Of a DNA stretch of 64,000 bases, positions 42,758 to 52,297 are shown in pieces. The notes under the pieces were generated by a model that saw nothing but the letters and a program-made list of their open reading frames with translations, ran no database searches and had not been told where the DNA came from. A program made the translations under genes and the position numbers. How positions within the stretch are numbered: position 1 is the first letter of the stretch; every line of letters begins with the position of its first letter. The DNA comes from an uncultured Chloroflexia bacterium (GTDB lineage Bacteria; Chloroflexota; Limnocylindria; Limnocylindrales; CSP1-4), in assembly GCA_963776395.1 (NCBI GenBank), contig CAVZML010000005.1, positions 612,254 to 676,253 of the forward strand. Direction: 5' to 3'.

Positions 42758-43480
42758 TCAGTCCTCCGTCCGATCGCTGGCCGGTCGGAAGACGACACAG
42801 CAATAACCGGGCTTGGGATCAAGCTGCGGCCGCAGGCTCGATCCCGCAAGCGCGTCAACGACCCCGCCTGCCCACGCGAGATTCATCCCGCACGTCAACG
42901 TGCGATGGCTCACGGCGAGCGCGTGGTAGGGACAGTTTCCCAGGCACACGGCGCCACTGCTCTCGTCGACCTCGGGTGCATAGCCGCGGTCGCGCAGGAG
43001 GTCGACCAGCGCCGACCGAAGGCGACGCCTCCCCGGGCGAGGGCCGGCGTTCCGCCGAGCAGCAAGGCCCAACGCCGTGCCGCGCTCTCGTGCCACCGCA
43101 TCAACCGCTTCTGATCCTCGTGAGCCCTCGAGGCGGTCAAGACCTTCGGCAAGGATCTCTGCCGCGACGTCGTAGTGGCGGGGTGGGATGGAGAGCACGA
43201 CCTCACGCTCCGCTCGCCGATAGAGCTTCGCGGGGCGGCCTGCTCCTGGCCCGCTGCGGCCGCCCAGGCGCCGGTATTCGGTGTCGAGCAGCCCTGCCCG
43301 GACGAGGCGATCGAGATGGAATGCGGCAAGCTCGCGGCTGATCCCGATCGCGGCTGCCGCCTCGTCGCGCCCGATCGCCTCCCGGCTGGCGGCCACCAAG
43401 TCATACAGTCGCTGCCGGTTCGGCTCCCCGAGCGCGGCCAGCGCCTCGATGGCGTCACTGGCCGGCAATGGCTTCGTCAT
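42758..43480 (-). CDS. ArsR-like HTH transcriptional regulator with Cys-rich C-terminal domain
   Basis: N-terminal wHTH (EPNRQRLYDLV...); C-terminal CLGNCPYH...LTCGMNLAW. Confidence 0.55.
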   Translation of the reverse strand: MTKPLPASDAIEALAALGEPNRQRLYDLVAASREAIGRDEAAAAIGISRELAAFHLDRLVRAGLLDTEYRRLGGRSGPGAGRPAKLYRRAEREVVLSIPPRHYDVAAEILAEGLDRLEGSRGSEAVDAVARERGTALGLAARRNAGPRPGRRRLRSALVDLLRDRGYAPEVDESSGAVCLGNCPYHALAVSHRTLTCGMNLAWAGGVVDALAGSSLRPQLDPKPGYCCVVFRPASDRTED

Positions 43481-43662
43481 GCTCCTCAGTCTATCAGCAA
43501 TCGTCGCTATCACAAGACTTGACAGGCCGACCGCCGAGTGTAACGATAACGGCCGCTCTCGTTAGAACTGGATCGGTCTGGCGGACGTAGGGCCGAGTTG
43601 GAACCCAGCTCGACCAGATCCCGCCGTCGGCGGGCCAGCGAGGGCATAGGAGGACAGGTGCG

Positions 43663-44221
43663 ATGGCGACCTCGAAGGAACCGGTTCGGCTGGCGCTTCG
43701 GAAGCTCTGGTCGGACCACGTGATCTGGACGCGCGAGTACATCGTCGCCGCGGTGGCTGGGACGCCCGATGCCGAGCGCCGCCGCCGGGCGGCTGCTGAA
43801 GAACCAGGAGGACATCGGCGCCGCGGTCGCGGGCTTCTACGGGCAGGCTGCCGGAGACGGGCTGACGGCGCTGCTCAAGGACCACATCATGATCGCGGTC
43901 GACCTCGTGGCCGCGGCCAAGTCGGGTGACCAGGCGGCGTTCGCCACCCACGACGCGCGCTGGACCGCCAACATCCGCGAGATCGCTCGCTTCCTGGCCG
44001 GCGCCAACCCCAACTGGCCCGAGCAGGACGTCTTCGACCTCCTCGCGCTCCACCTCAAGCTGACCAAGGACGAGGCCGTCGCCCGGATCACCGGCGACTG
44101 GGCGGCCGACGTGAAGGCGTTCGACGACATCTTCACCGAGATCATGGTCGTCGCCGACGCCCTGCACGACGGCATCGTGGCGCAGTTCCCCGACCGCTTC
44201 GCCGGGACGGCAGCGGCATGA
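43663..44221 (+). CDS. hypothetical protein, apparent frameshift near 43780
   Basis: ORF 43663..43929 and ORF 43769..44221 join as one protein (…TPDAE | AAAGRLLKNQEDIGAAVAG…). Confidence 0.4.
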
Positions 44222-44297
44222 TGCCGGTCGAGGTCCCGGAGGGTTCGCCCGCGCCGGCGACCCTCCCGATCGGCGCCCGGGCCCCGCCCTCGAGGGA

Positions 44298-44786
44298 ATG
44301 CTCGGGACCGATGGGCGTCGCTACGGTCGGTCGAGCTTCGCCGACCGCGAGGCGCTCGTCGTGATCTTCTCGTCGAACCGGTGCCCGACCGCCAAGGCGT
44401 ACGGCGAGCGGATGAACGCCCTCCAGCGCGACTACGGGCCGCGCGGCGTCCAGCTGGTGGCCATCAACTCGAATGACCCGCACCTCTACCCCGACGAGAG
44501 CTACCCCCGGATGGTCGAGCGCGCCCGGGAGGACGCCTACAGCTTCCCGTACCTCGCCGACGACGGCCAGCGCGTCGCCAGGGCATTCGGGGCGGCATGC
44601 ACCTTCCACGCCTTCGTCCTCGACCGCGCGGGCCGCCTGCGCTACCAGGGCCGCTTCGACGACTCGCGGTTCGCGGATCGCGTGACGAGCCACGATCTTC
44701 GCAATGCCCTCGATGACGTGCTCGCTCACCGGGACGTTCGGATCAGCCAGACGCGCCCGTTCGGGTGCAGCCTCGACTTCGTCTGA
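44298..44786 (+). CDS. thioredoxin-fold (TlpA/AhpC-TSA-like) protein
   Basis: ALVVIFSSNRCPTAKAY...VAINSNDP pattern typical of the thioredoxin-like family with a single CP motif. Confidence 0.5.
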   Translation: MLGTDGRRYGRSSFADREALVVIFSSNRCPTAKAYGERMNALQRDYGPRGVQLVAINSNDPHLYPDESYPRMVERAREDAYSFPYLADDGQRVARAFGAACTFHAFVLDRAGRLRYQGRFDDSRFADRVTSHDLRNALDDVLAHRDVRISQTRPFGCSLDFV

Positions 44787-44801
44787 GAGGGCGCACCTGC
44801 C

Positions 44802-45605
44802 ATGCGCACCGCAGCGGCGGTCCTCTCCCGCCGACGCGACCGGACCCTCGAAGGGTCGATCGTGGCGTCCGCCAGACAACTGCCGATGGCATCGGTCGCG
44901 ATCGGCTCGGCTTGGCTGATCGTCGTGCTCGCTCAGCTGACGGGCAATGCCGCAGCGCTGCACCATCACGCGCTGATCGAGGACGGCCCGCCGCTGTGGA
45001 TCGCGATGCCGCTGTTCCTCGTCGCCTGGCTGGTGATGATCGCGGCCATGATGCTCCCCGCCAGCCTGCCGGCGATCCGGGTCGCAGCGCTGGCGACGCC
45101 GATCCTGGCCAGGCCGCGACGGGATCTGGCCGCGTTCGTGGGTCCAATGATCCTGATCTGGACGCTCTTCGGATTGCTCGCATTCCTCGGTGACGACCTC
45201 CTTCATCACGTCGTCGATGCGACACCGTGGCTGGCGGCCCGTCCGTGGCTGATCGAGATGGCCGTCGTGGCTACTGCTGGCGCCTACCAGCTCGCACCCC
45301 TGAAGCACCGCAGTCTCGACGCCTGCCGTCACGCGGGGGCGGCGGGAACGACCGTCATGACGCCCGGCGCCGCCCTCGTCCGGGCGGGTGTGGACCACGC
45401 ATTGGCCTGCCTCGGGAGCTCCTGGGCGCTGATGCTCCTGATGTTCGCGGAGGGCTTCGCCAACCTGTGGTGGATGGGTGCCTTGGCAGCCCTGATGGTC
45501 TACGAGGCGACCGGACAGCACGGCCAGCGGGCAGCCCGGGCCGCGGGCCTCTTCCTGCTCGGCTACGCAGCGATCATCGCCCTCGTCGGCTGGAGGACCT
45601 CGTGA
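44802..45605 (+). CDS. DUF2182-like integral membrane protein (predicted metal-binding)
   Basis: Multi-TM with His-rich segments; family recalled. Confidence 0.45.
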   Translation: MRTAAAVLSRRRDRTLEGSIVASARQLPMASVAIGSAWLIVVLAQLTGNAAALHHHALIEDGPPLWIAMPLFLVAWLVMIAAMMLPASLPAIRVAALATPILARPRRDLAAFVGPMILIWTLFGLLAFLGDDLLHHVVDATPWLAARPWLIEMAVVATAGAYQLAPLKHRSLDACRHAGAAGTTVMTPGAALVRAGVDHALACLGSSWALMLLMFAEGFANLWWMGALAALMVYEATGQHGQRAARAAGLFLLGYAAIIALVGWRTS

Positions 45606-45762
45606 GCGGGCCGCCCCCTTTCGCCATGGTCGGCGGAGCAGAGGGGAGGTGTCAGCCCTGCTAGTTGTGGATCTCGATCTGCCGTCCGGTATGTGGTCAA
45701 CGGCTCGAGATGGCAGGTTTCGGCAGCGCCCCCACGTGGACTACAAGACGAGGTGACCAACA

Positions 45763-46194
45763 GTGTCCGAGGCAAGTCTCTACGAACGACTCGGTGGCGC
45801 ATTTGCCATCGCGGCAGTCGTCGATCAGTTCAGCGATGCGGTCGTGCAGAATCCCATCGTTGGCCAGAGATCGTCGAATCCCGCGCTGCGGGAATGGCAC
45901 ACCAACAATCTGGGCAGGCTGCCAGGCCTCAAGTTCATGCGCACCCTGTGGGTCTGCAACGTCGCTGGCGGACCCTTCCAATTCACGGCCACCGTGCCAA
46001 GCAGCACCATCCTCGGCCTCGAGGAGGCCCACCGTAGGCTCAAGATCTCGCCCGCGGAATTCGACGAGGTCGCGGCGGAGCTCGGGCGCACGCTCAATTC
46101 GTTCAAGGTGCCCGAGCGAGAGAAGGGCGAGGTCCTGGCTGCCTTCGCCGCGCACAAGAGCGAGGTGACCGAGGGATACACAGCGGCGACCTGA
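45763..46194 (+). CDS. truncated haemoglobin (2/2 globin)
   Basis: MSEASLYERLGGAFAIAAVVDQF... typical trHb N-terminus; gene has lower GC than its surroundings. Confidence 0.7.
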   Translation: MSEASLYERLGGAFAIAAVVDQFSDAVVQNPIVGQRSSNPALREWHTNNLGRLPGLKFMRTLWVCNVAGGPFQFTATVPSSTILGLEEAHRRLKISPAEFDEVAAELGRTLNSFKVPEREKGEVLAAFAAHKSEVTEGYTAAT

Positions 46195-46222
46195 TCGGTG
46201 GCTACTGGCGCAACCAAACGCC

Positions 46223-46249
46223 GAGACCCCGGCCTATGGCCGGGGTCTC
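46223..46249. terminator. perfect hairpin GAGACCCCGGCC-TAT-GGCCGGGGTCTC (bidirectional terminator candidate between the globin gene and tRNA-Arg)
   Basis: 12-bp perfect stem; the minus-strand transcript is followed by GGCGUUUGGUUG. Confidence 0.55.
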
Positions 46250-46300
46250 GGGAAAGACCGGCTGATCACAGGTGTCACCGATGACGCGACTCAATACACT

Positions 46301-46378
46301 GGCGCGCCCGACAGGATTCGAACCTGCGACCTTCGGCTCCGGAGGCCGACGCTCTATCCGCTGAGCTACAGGCGCGCG
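46301..46378 (-). tRNA. tRNA-Arg (anticodon CCG)
   Basis: Reverse complement reads GCGCGCCTGTAGCTCAGCGGATAGAGCGTCGGCCTCCGGAGCCGAAGGTCGCAGGTTCGAATCCTGTCGGGCGCGCCA; cloverleaf elements TAGCTCAG and GGTTCGAATCC are present. Confidence 0.85.
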
Positions 46379-46604
46379 AACCGCGATGATAGCCGCTCCA
46401 GCGTGGATCGATCTTCGGCTTCTGGTTTGAGGGTCTGTCCGGCAGGCCATTCCCGAGCACGGATCGCGGCAACGACGCCTTTGAACGACAACGCGGGGGG
46501 ACTCGTCTCAACTGCGGCGCCCAGGTCCCGCCAGCCGGAGCCTCTGCGTCCGACCGGCTCACAACCTCACCGGTGGTCATGATCGGGCTATATCCTGTCG
46601 TCCC

Positions 46605-46988
46605 ATGCCGCGCGACCCGAACATCCCTGACGCGTTCGACGTCTATACGCTCGTCCTGCTGCGCCGCCCAGCCAACGCGCCGGACATGCCGGATCGGGAG
46701 CTCGATGCCCTCCAGGCCCGGCATCTCGCGTACCGCGCCGAGCTGCGTCGGCAGCGCCTGCTGGTCGCCAACGGACCGCTCGCTGAGCAGTCCGATACCG
46801 CCATGCGCGGGCTCTCGATCTTCGCCTGCAGCCTAGCCGTGGCCGCGCAGCTCAACAACGCCGATCCATCGGTCCTGGCGGGACGGCTGACGTACGACCT
46901 CATGGAGTGGTGGGTCGCGGCCGGGACACTGGCCTTCCCCAACGCGAGGGTTCCGGTCGGGGACCGGCGGGTCATGCCCGACGACTGA
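46605..46988 (+). CDS. YciI-like family protein
   Basis: 127-aa ORF; pattern recalled; weakly supported. Confidence 0.4.
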   Translation: MPRDPNIPDAFDVYTLVLLRRPANAPDMPDRELDALQARHLAYRAELRRQRLLVANGPLAEQSDTAMRGLSIFACSLAVAAQLNNADPSVLAGRLTYDLMEWWVAAGTLAFPNARVPVGDRRVMPDD

Positions 46989-47046
46989 TCGCGGTCAGGG
47001 CCGACGCGCCCGCGCAGCGCGAGCGAATGCATGCACGGCGCGCTCC

Positions 47047-47310
47047 TTGCACGCTTCCGTCCCCGTCGCGAGGATCGAGGCCAAGGCGGGCGAAGGCTTC
47101 ACCGTCCGCTTCACCAACCGGGATCCCATCGGCCACGACTTCGCGGTCTACACGAGCGAAGGCGGTGACCTGATCGTTCGCGGCGAGCTCATCACGGGGC
47201 CCGACGCGAGGACCGAGATCCTCGTGCCGGCCCTCGACCGCGGCACGTACTTCTTTCGCTGCGACCCGCACGCCGACCACATGAAGGGCACGCTCGTCGT
47301 GGGCGACTGA
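47047..47310 (+). CDS. cupredoxin-like copper-binding domain protein
   Basis: YFFRCDPHADHMKGTLVV type-1 copper ligand arrangement; TTG start in the ORF track; no signal peptide seen, so the start may be wrong. Confidence 0.5.
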   Translation: MHASVPVARIEAKAGEGFTVRFTNRDPIGHDFAVYTSEGGDLIVRGELITGPDARTEILVPALDRGTYFFRCDPHADHMKGTLVVGD

Positions 47311-47334
47311 CGGGCCCCGACCAGCGTCCGCGGG

Positions 47335-47988
47335 TCAGTCCCGGGGAGCGTCCCGGCGCATCCAGCGACGCCCCAGCTCGTCATCCATCGGCGGCGAACC
47401 CGTGAGCGGCTCGGCACCGTTCCTGAGTCCGTCGAGACAGAGCGAGAGGTAGCGCTGCCGAAGCTCCGCCGTCCGCCCGTCGTCACCGAACACGCCGGGG
47501 CGGATCGCCGCGACCATCTCGAGAATGATCGTCAGGTCCTCCGGCGTGACGTCGTCGCGGAGGTCGCCGTCGGCTTTCGCGCGAGCGACGATCTCGTGGT
47601 TCAGCTCACCGGAACGCCGGGCGTCACGGAACATGTCCTCGGTCGGGTCGAAGGTTCCCGCGAGCCGGACGGTCAGGGAGTGGACATCTGCCGCCACGAT
47701 TCGGCGCAGGAACCCCGCGAATGCCGCCCACGAATCGGCGTCGTCCGCGAGCGCCGCCTCCGCCTCCGCGACGTATCGCTGGAGACCCTCGCGGCAGAGC
47801 TCCCGCAACAGGTCCTCCTTGCTCGGATAGCGCCGGTACAGCGCGCTGATGCCGACCCCGGCTCGGCTGGCCACGGCCGAGATGGGGGCGTCGGCATCGG
47901 CGATGAAGACCTCGCGCGCGGCCGCCAGGATCCGCTCGTCGTTCCGCGCCGCCTGCCCGCGACGGCCGCTCAGTCCTTGCTGCTCCAT
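47335..47988 (-). CDS. TetR/AcrR-family transcriptional regulator
   Basis: TetR HTH ILAAAREVFIADADAPISAVASRAGVGISALYRRY. Confidence 0.8.
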   Translation of the reverse strand: MEQQGLSGRRGQAARNDERILAAAREVFIADADAPISAVASRAGVGISALYRRYPSKEDLLRELCREGLQRYVAEAEAALADDADSWAAFAGFLRRIVAADVHSLTVRLAGTFDPTEDMFRDARRSGELNHEIVARAKADGDLRDDVTPEDLTIILEMVAAIRPGVFGDDGRTAELRQRYLSLCLDGLRNGAEPLTGSPPMDDELGRRWMRRDAPRD

Positions 47989-47999
47989 AGCCGAAGACT

Positions 48000-48060
48000 A
48001 CCACTGGAACAAATCATTCCGTTCCGCTATAATGGAACGGAACAGTTCGTTCCACTCGAA
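48000..48060. promoter_or_regulatory. AT-rich divergent promoter region with nested inverted repeats (TTCCGTTCC-GCTATAAT-GGAACGGAA; outer TGGAACAAA/TTCGTTCCA) between the TetR and epoxide hydrolase genes
   Basis: Direct reading; contains a TATAAT-like -10 box; AAGGAAGGA RBS before the hydrolase ATG. Confidence 0.55.
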
Positions 48061-48086
48061 CTCAGGCCAAGGAAGGAGCGATCACC

Positions 48087-49220
48087 ATGACCGGAGCGAC
48101 CCCCGACGCGACCATGACACCGTTCCGTATCGAGATCCCGCAGGCCGACCTCGACGACCTCAAGGCCAGGCTCGACCAGGCCCGCTGGCCGGATGAGCTG
48201 CCCGGTGGCGGCGACTATGGCGTCAGCCAGTCATACATCCGCTCGCTCGCCGATCACTGGCGCGACGGCTACGACTGGCGGGCGATCGAGTCTCGGATCA
48301 ACCGGTACCCGCAGTTCACGACCGAGATCGACGGGCAGCTCGTCCACCTCCTTCACGTTCGATCGCCCGAGCCCGACGCGCTGCCGCTCATCGTGACCCA
48401 CGGCTGGCCCGGCTCGATCGTGGAGTTCCTGGACATCATCGATCCGCTGGTCGACCCCCGGGGTCACGGCGGCGATCCGGCGACCGCGTTCCACCTGGTC
48501 ATCCCGTCGCTGCCCGGGTACGGCTTCTCGGGTCCGACCCGCGAGCCGGGCTGGACCAACTACCGGATCGCTGCCGCGTGGGTGGAGCTGATGCGCAGGC
48601 TCGGCTACGAGCGCTACGGCGCCGTCGGCAACGATGCCGGGTCGATGATCTCGCCCGAGGTCGGCCGGCTCGACCCCGACCACGTCGTCGGCGTCCATGT
48701 CACGCAGATCTTCTCGTTCCCCTCGGGAGACCCGACGGAGTTCGCCGACCTGACCCAGGAGGAGGCCAGTGAGCTCGCGACGCTCCAGTGGTTCGTCGAG
48801 AACAAGTTCTCGTTCAACACCCTCATGTCACAGCAGCCCCAGACGCTGGCCTATGCGATCACCGATTCGCCGCTCGGCCTCCTCGCCTGGAACGCCCAGC
48901 TCCTCGGGGAGGACCTCGACCCGGACTTCGCGCTTTCGAACGTCATGCTGTACTGGCTGACCGGCACCGCAGCCTCGGCGGCGCGGCTCTACTACGAGAA
49001 CGCCCACGCGACGGATCGCCCGACCGGGCCGACGACGGTGCCGCTGGGCCTGGCCGCGTTCGGCGGTGACTTCAGCGGCATCCGGCGCTTCGCCGAGCGC
49101 GACCATCACAACATCGTCCGTTGGACCACGTTCGACCACGGCGGCCACTTCGCGGCGCACAAGGCACCCGACCTGCTGGTCGGCGACATCCGGGCGTTCT
49201 ATGCGGGGCTCGGCGCGTAG
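48087..49220 (+). CDS. epoxide hydrolase (microsomal EH N-terminal domain + alpha/beta hydrolase)
   Basis: N-terminal FRIEIPQADLDDLKARLDQARWPDE is characteristic of the EHN domain; HGWPGS oxyanion region. Confidence 0.8.
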   Translation: MTGATPDATMTPFRIEIPQADLDDLKARLDQARWPDELPGGGDYGVSQSYIRSLADHWRDGYDWRAIESRINRYPQFTTEIDGQLVHLLHVRSPEPDALPLIVTHGWPGSIVEFLDIIDPLVDPRGHGGDPATAFHLVIPSLPGYGFSGPTREPGWTNYRIAAAWVELMRRLGYERYGAVGNDAGSMISPEVGRLDPDHVVGVHVTQIFSFPSGDPTEFADLTQEEASELATLQWFVENKFSFNTLMSQQPQTLAYAITDSPLGLLAWNAQLLGEDLDPDFALSNVMLYWLTGTAASAARLYYENAHATDRPTGPTTVPLGLAAFGGDFSGIRRFAERDHHNIVRWTTFDHGGHFAAHKAPDLLVGDIRAFYAGLGA

Positions 49221-49315
49221 CGTCGCGGGTCGTCGAGGCGGCCATGCTGATCGCCGTCGGCCACGCTGATCGCCTCCGCTCGCTGTGATCGCCTCGGCCG
49301 CGGCGACCGGAGCCG

Positions 49316-49564
49316 TCAGGCGCCCTGGACGACCTCGTGCATCCGGTGCGCGGTGAGGCCGTGTGCCTCCTTGTGGACCTGGGTCGCGGTCGCTTCGTCG
49401 GGCGCATTCACGAGGCAGTACACGTGGCCGCCCACCTCGTCGACCCAGTAATGCTGGAAGTCGACGCCGTATGCGCCCTGGACCCGAAGGTCGGCTTCGT
49501 GCGCCTGGGCGACGTCGGCCGCCTTGACGCCCGGGATGTCGTGCTCATCCATGTAGAGCGGCAT
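49316..49564 (-). CDS. DUF4242-like small protein
   Basis: 82-aa ORF; family guess. Confidence 0.35.
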   Translation of the reverse strand: MPLYMDEHDIPGVKAADVAQAHEADLRVQGAYGVDFQHYWVDEVGGHVYCLVNAPDEATATQVHKEAHGLTAHRMHEVVQGA

Positions 49565-49758
49565 CGCGCTTCTCCTTCATCCGCTGCGTCGCCGGTCGGC
49601 GTGCGTCGCGACCAGGCGGGGTGGACCGGCGCTAGGGTCGCGCGGCGGCCGTCCCCGGTCAAGCCTCCGGCACGTACGGCGCTCCACCCGATCGTCGTGC
49701 GGGCCGCGGCGAGGGCGGGCCGCGGCGAGGGCATGCCGGACTCACCGGCGTTGCCATC

Positions 49759-50700
49759 TCAGGTGGTGGCGACAATCCCGCGCGGGTCTGCGGCCTCGAC
49801 GCCGCGGAGCTGGGGCAGCACCTTGCTGCCCAGGAGCTCGATGAGGGTCGGGTCGTTCGCGTCGGCGAAGTTGACGATGACGTGCTGGACGCCGGCCTCC
49901 GCGAGACGGCCGAAACGCTCGACGATCTCGTCCGGCGATTCCGGCGCACGGCTCCACGAACCGGCACTGCCGAGCCCGACACCCTGCATGTTCGTCCGCT
50001 CGATCTCGGCGAAGTCACGTCCGACGGCTTCGCAGTGCGCGGCCAGGACCTGGTACTTCGGCACCAGCATCTCGGATCCGCCGAACATGTTCGAGGCGTC
50101 GGCGTACTGCGCCACGAGGCGGAGGGTCTTCCTCTCGCCGCCCCCGCCGATGAGGATCGGCACCCGCGGCCGCGAGATCGACTGCGGGACGTTGAGGAGC
50201 CGGGTCGCCCGGATAGTGGTCGCCCTCGAAGTCCTCCTCGGTGCCGCGCTCGCCCTGCCACATCGCGTGGGCGATCCGCAGCGTGTCCTCGAGCCGCTCG
50301 AAGCGCTCGCGCTGGGACGGCCACGGGAAGCCGAGGCCCTCGGACTCGGCCTGGTTCCAGGCCGCCCCGATGCCGAGCCAGGCCCTGCCGCCCGACAGGA
50401 CGTCGAGCGTCGTCGCAGCCTTGACCCACAGCCCGGGGTGGCGGTAGTGGACCCCGCCGACCATGAGGCCGAGGCGGGCCCGCTGGCTGTGGGCGGCCAT
50501 GAACCCGAGGGTCGTCCAGCCCTCGAGCATCGGCTGCAGCTCCGAGCCGGGCCCGCCGATCTGCCAGAAGTGGTCCATCACCCAGATGGAGTCGAAGCCG
50601 GCCTCGTCGGCCGTCCGGACGGAGCGGGCGAGGGTCGGTCCGATCGCCTGCGGTCCGCCGGGCCAGGTGAACGAGTAGATCTGGAGGCCGATCTTCACGA
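49759..50700 (-). CDS. LLM-class (luciferase-like) flavin/F420-dependent oxidoreductase, apparent frameshift near 50180
   Basis: VKIGLQIYSFTWPGGP...DSIWVMDHF N-terminus in ORF 50015..51583; VPILIGGGGERKTLRLVAQYADASNMFG C-terminus in ORF 49759..50163 in a different frame. Confidence 0.65.
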
Positions 50701-51678
50701 CGTGGCTCCTTTCGTGTCGCCGCGCCAGGCTGCGGTGGCCCGATCGAGGGCCTCCATCTCGGCGGGGCTGAGCGAGAAGGCAAGGGCGCCGGCGTTGTCG
50801 GCCGCCTGGCGGCCGTTCTTGGCGCCCGGGATGGGCAGGACGAGCTCGTTCTCGATGAGCCAGCGGAGCGCGACCTGGGCCGGGCTCCGGCCGTGGGCGT
50901 CGCCGATCTCGCGCAGCAGCGCCACGACCGGGGCCGTCGCCTCCCGCTGCTGGCCGCGGAAGCGGGGCATGAAGCGGCGGAAGCCGCTCGGCCTCGCCCC
51001 GGCCACGAACTTGCCGGTCAGGGCGCCGTTGGCCAGGGGCTGGTTGGCGATGAGGGTGACCCCCAGCTCGCGGCAGGCGTCGAGGACGCCGTCCGTCTCG
51101 GGCCCGCGGTGGAGCAGCGAATACTCGATCTGGTTCGAGGCGAGCGGGACCCCGCGCTCGGCGAGCACCGCGTGGGCAAGTCGCATCTGGTCGGCCGAGT
51201 AGTTGCTGACACCGACCGCCCGGACCTTGCCCTGCTCGACGGCGTCGGCAAGGAGGTTCATGAGCCCCGGGATCGAGACCCAGCGGGAGGGGTAGTGATG
51301 CATGTACAGGTCGACGGTCGTCCGCTGGAGGAGCTCGAGGCTCCGGGCGAGCGCCTTGGGCATCGCGTCGGTCCTCGACAGCATGTTCGGCGGGAACTTC
51401 GTCGCGATGAGGACATCCCGACCGCTGGCCAGCTCGCCGAGCCGGCGCTCGGAGGCGCCGGCGCCGTACATCGCGGCAGTGTCGAAGAGGGTGGCACCGG
51501 CGGCGGTGCTCGCGTCGAAGGCACGCTGCTCCTCGTCGCGGTTCGCGGGGCCGCCCCCGTAGGCGAGCTTGGCCGGAGTCCATCGGGCGCGGCCCGATGG
51601 GTCGCCCCAGGTCATCGCGCCGACGCCCAGGCGAGGCACCTGGACCTCAGTCTTGCCGAGCGTCATCGGGCTGGTCAT
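50695..51678 (-). CDS. aldo/keto reductase
   Basis: AKR pattern (GVGAMTWG, LFDTAAMYG, IPGAKN). Confidence 0.8.
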   Translation of the reverse strand: MTSPMTLGKTEVQVPRLGVGAMTWGDPSGRARWTPAKLAYGGGPANRDEEQRAFDASTAAGATLFDTAAMYGAGASERRLGELASGRDVLIATKFPPNMLSRTDAMPKALARSLELLQRTTVDLYMHHYPSRWVSIPGLMNLLADAVEQGKVRAVGVSNYSADQMRLAHAVLAERGVPLASNQIEYSLLHRGPETDGVLDACRELGVTLIANQPLANGALTGKFVAGARPSGFRRFMPRFRGQQREATAPVVALLREIGDAHGRSPAQVALRWLIENELVLPIPGAKNGRQAADNAGALAFSLSPAEMEALDRATAAWRGDTKGATS

Positions 51679-51790
51679 GGCCCGGAGCATACGCCGGACT
51701 AGTCAATGATTGCAAGTGCCAACTATTGTCCCGTCCGATCAATGAGCAGGCCTTGCATCGTGGTATGATGCGCCACATGAGCGACACCGC

Positions 51791-52225
51791 ATGAGCGACA
51801 CGCCGACCGCGCGCGAGACCGCCGGTCTCGTCGACCTGATGTGGCTGGTCATGCGCCAAATCTGGGACCACGCCGAGGAGCGCCTGGCCCCGTACTCGTT
51901 GAGCCTCAAGCACAACTGGGCCCTGCATGCCCTCGACGAGCCGATGTCGATGAGCGCCCTCGCCGACCGGCTCGGGATCGACGCGTCCTATGTCACCACG
52001 ATCGCCGACCAGCTCGAGGAGCGCGGCCTCATCGAGCGCCAGCCGCACCCGACCGATCGGCGCGTCAAGAGCCTGGCCCTCACGGCGGAGGGGCGGCGGC
52101 TGCGCGAGAAGCTCGCGGACGAGCTGTGGGTGGAGGTGCCGGTCCTCGATGCGCTCACGACCGGCGAACGACGTGAGCTCTGGCGGCTGCTGTCGCGGAC
52201 GATCGACGCGCGACCGGGCGGCTGA
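51791..52225 (+). CDS. MarR-family transcriptional regulator
   Basis: wHTH MSMSALADRLGIDASYVTTIADQLEERGLIERQPHPTDRR. Confidence 0.8.
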   Translation: MSDTPTARETAGLVDLMWLVMRQIWDHAEERLAPYSLSLKHNWALHALDEPMSMSALADRLGIDASYVTTIADQLEERGLIERQPHPTDRRVKSLALTAEGRRLREKLADELWVEVPVLDALTTGERRELWRLLSRTIDARPGG

Positions 52226-52297
52226 GCGGACTCAGCCGGATACGACTGCGGCGACTCCGCCGCCCCCTGGAGACGCCGGATGCCCTGTGGGCCGGCC

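Noticed and set aside
49337-51202. 621-aa plus-strand ORF
   Set aside because: It is antisense to the LLM oxidoreductase and AKR genes.
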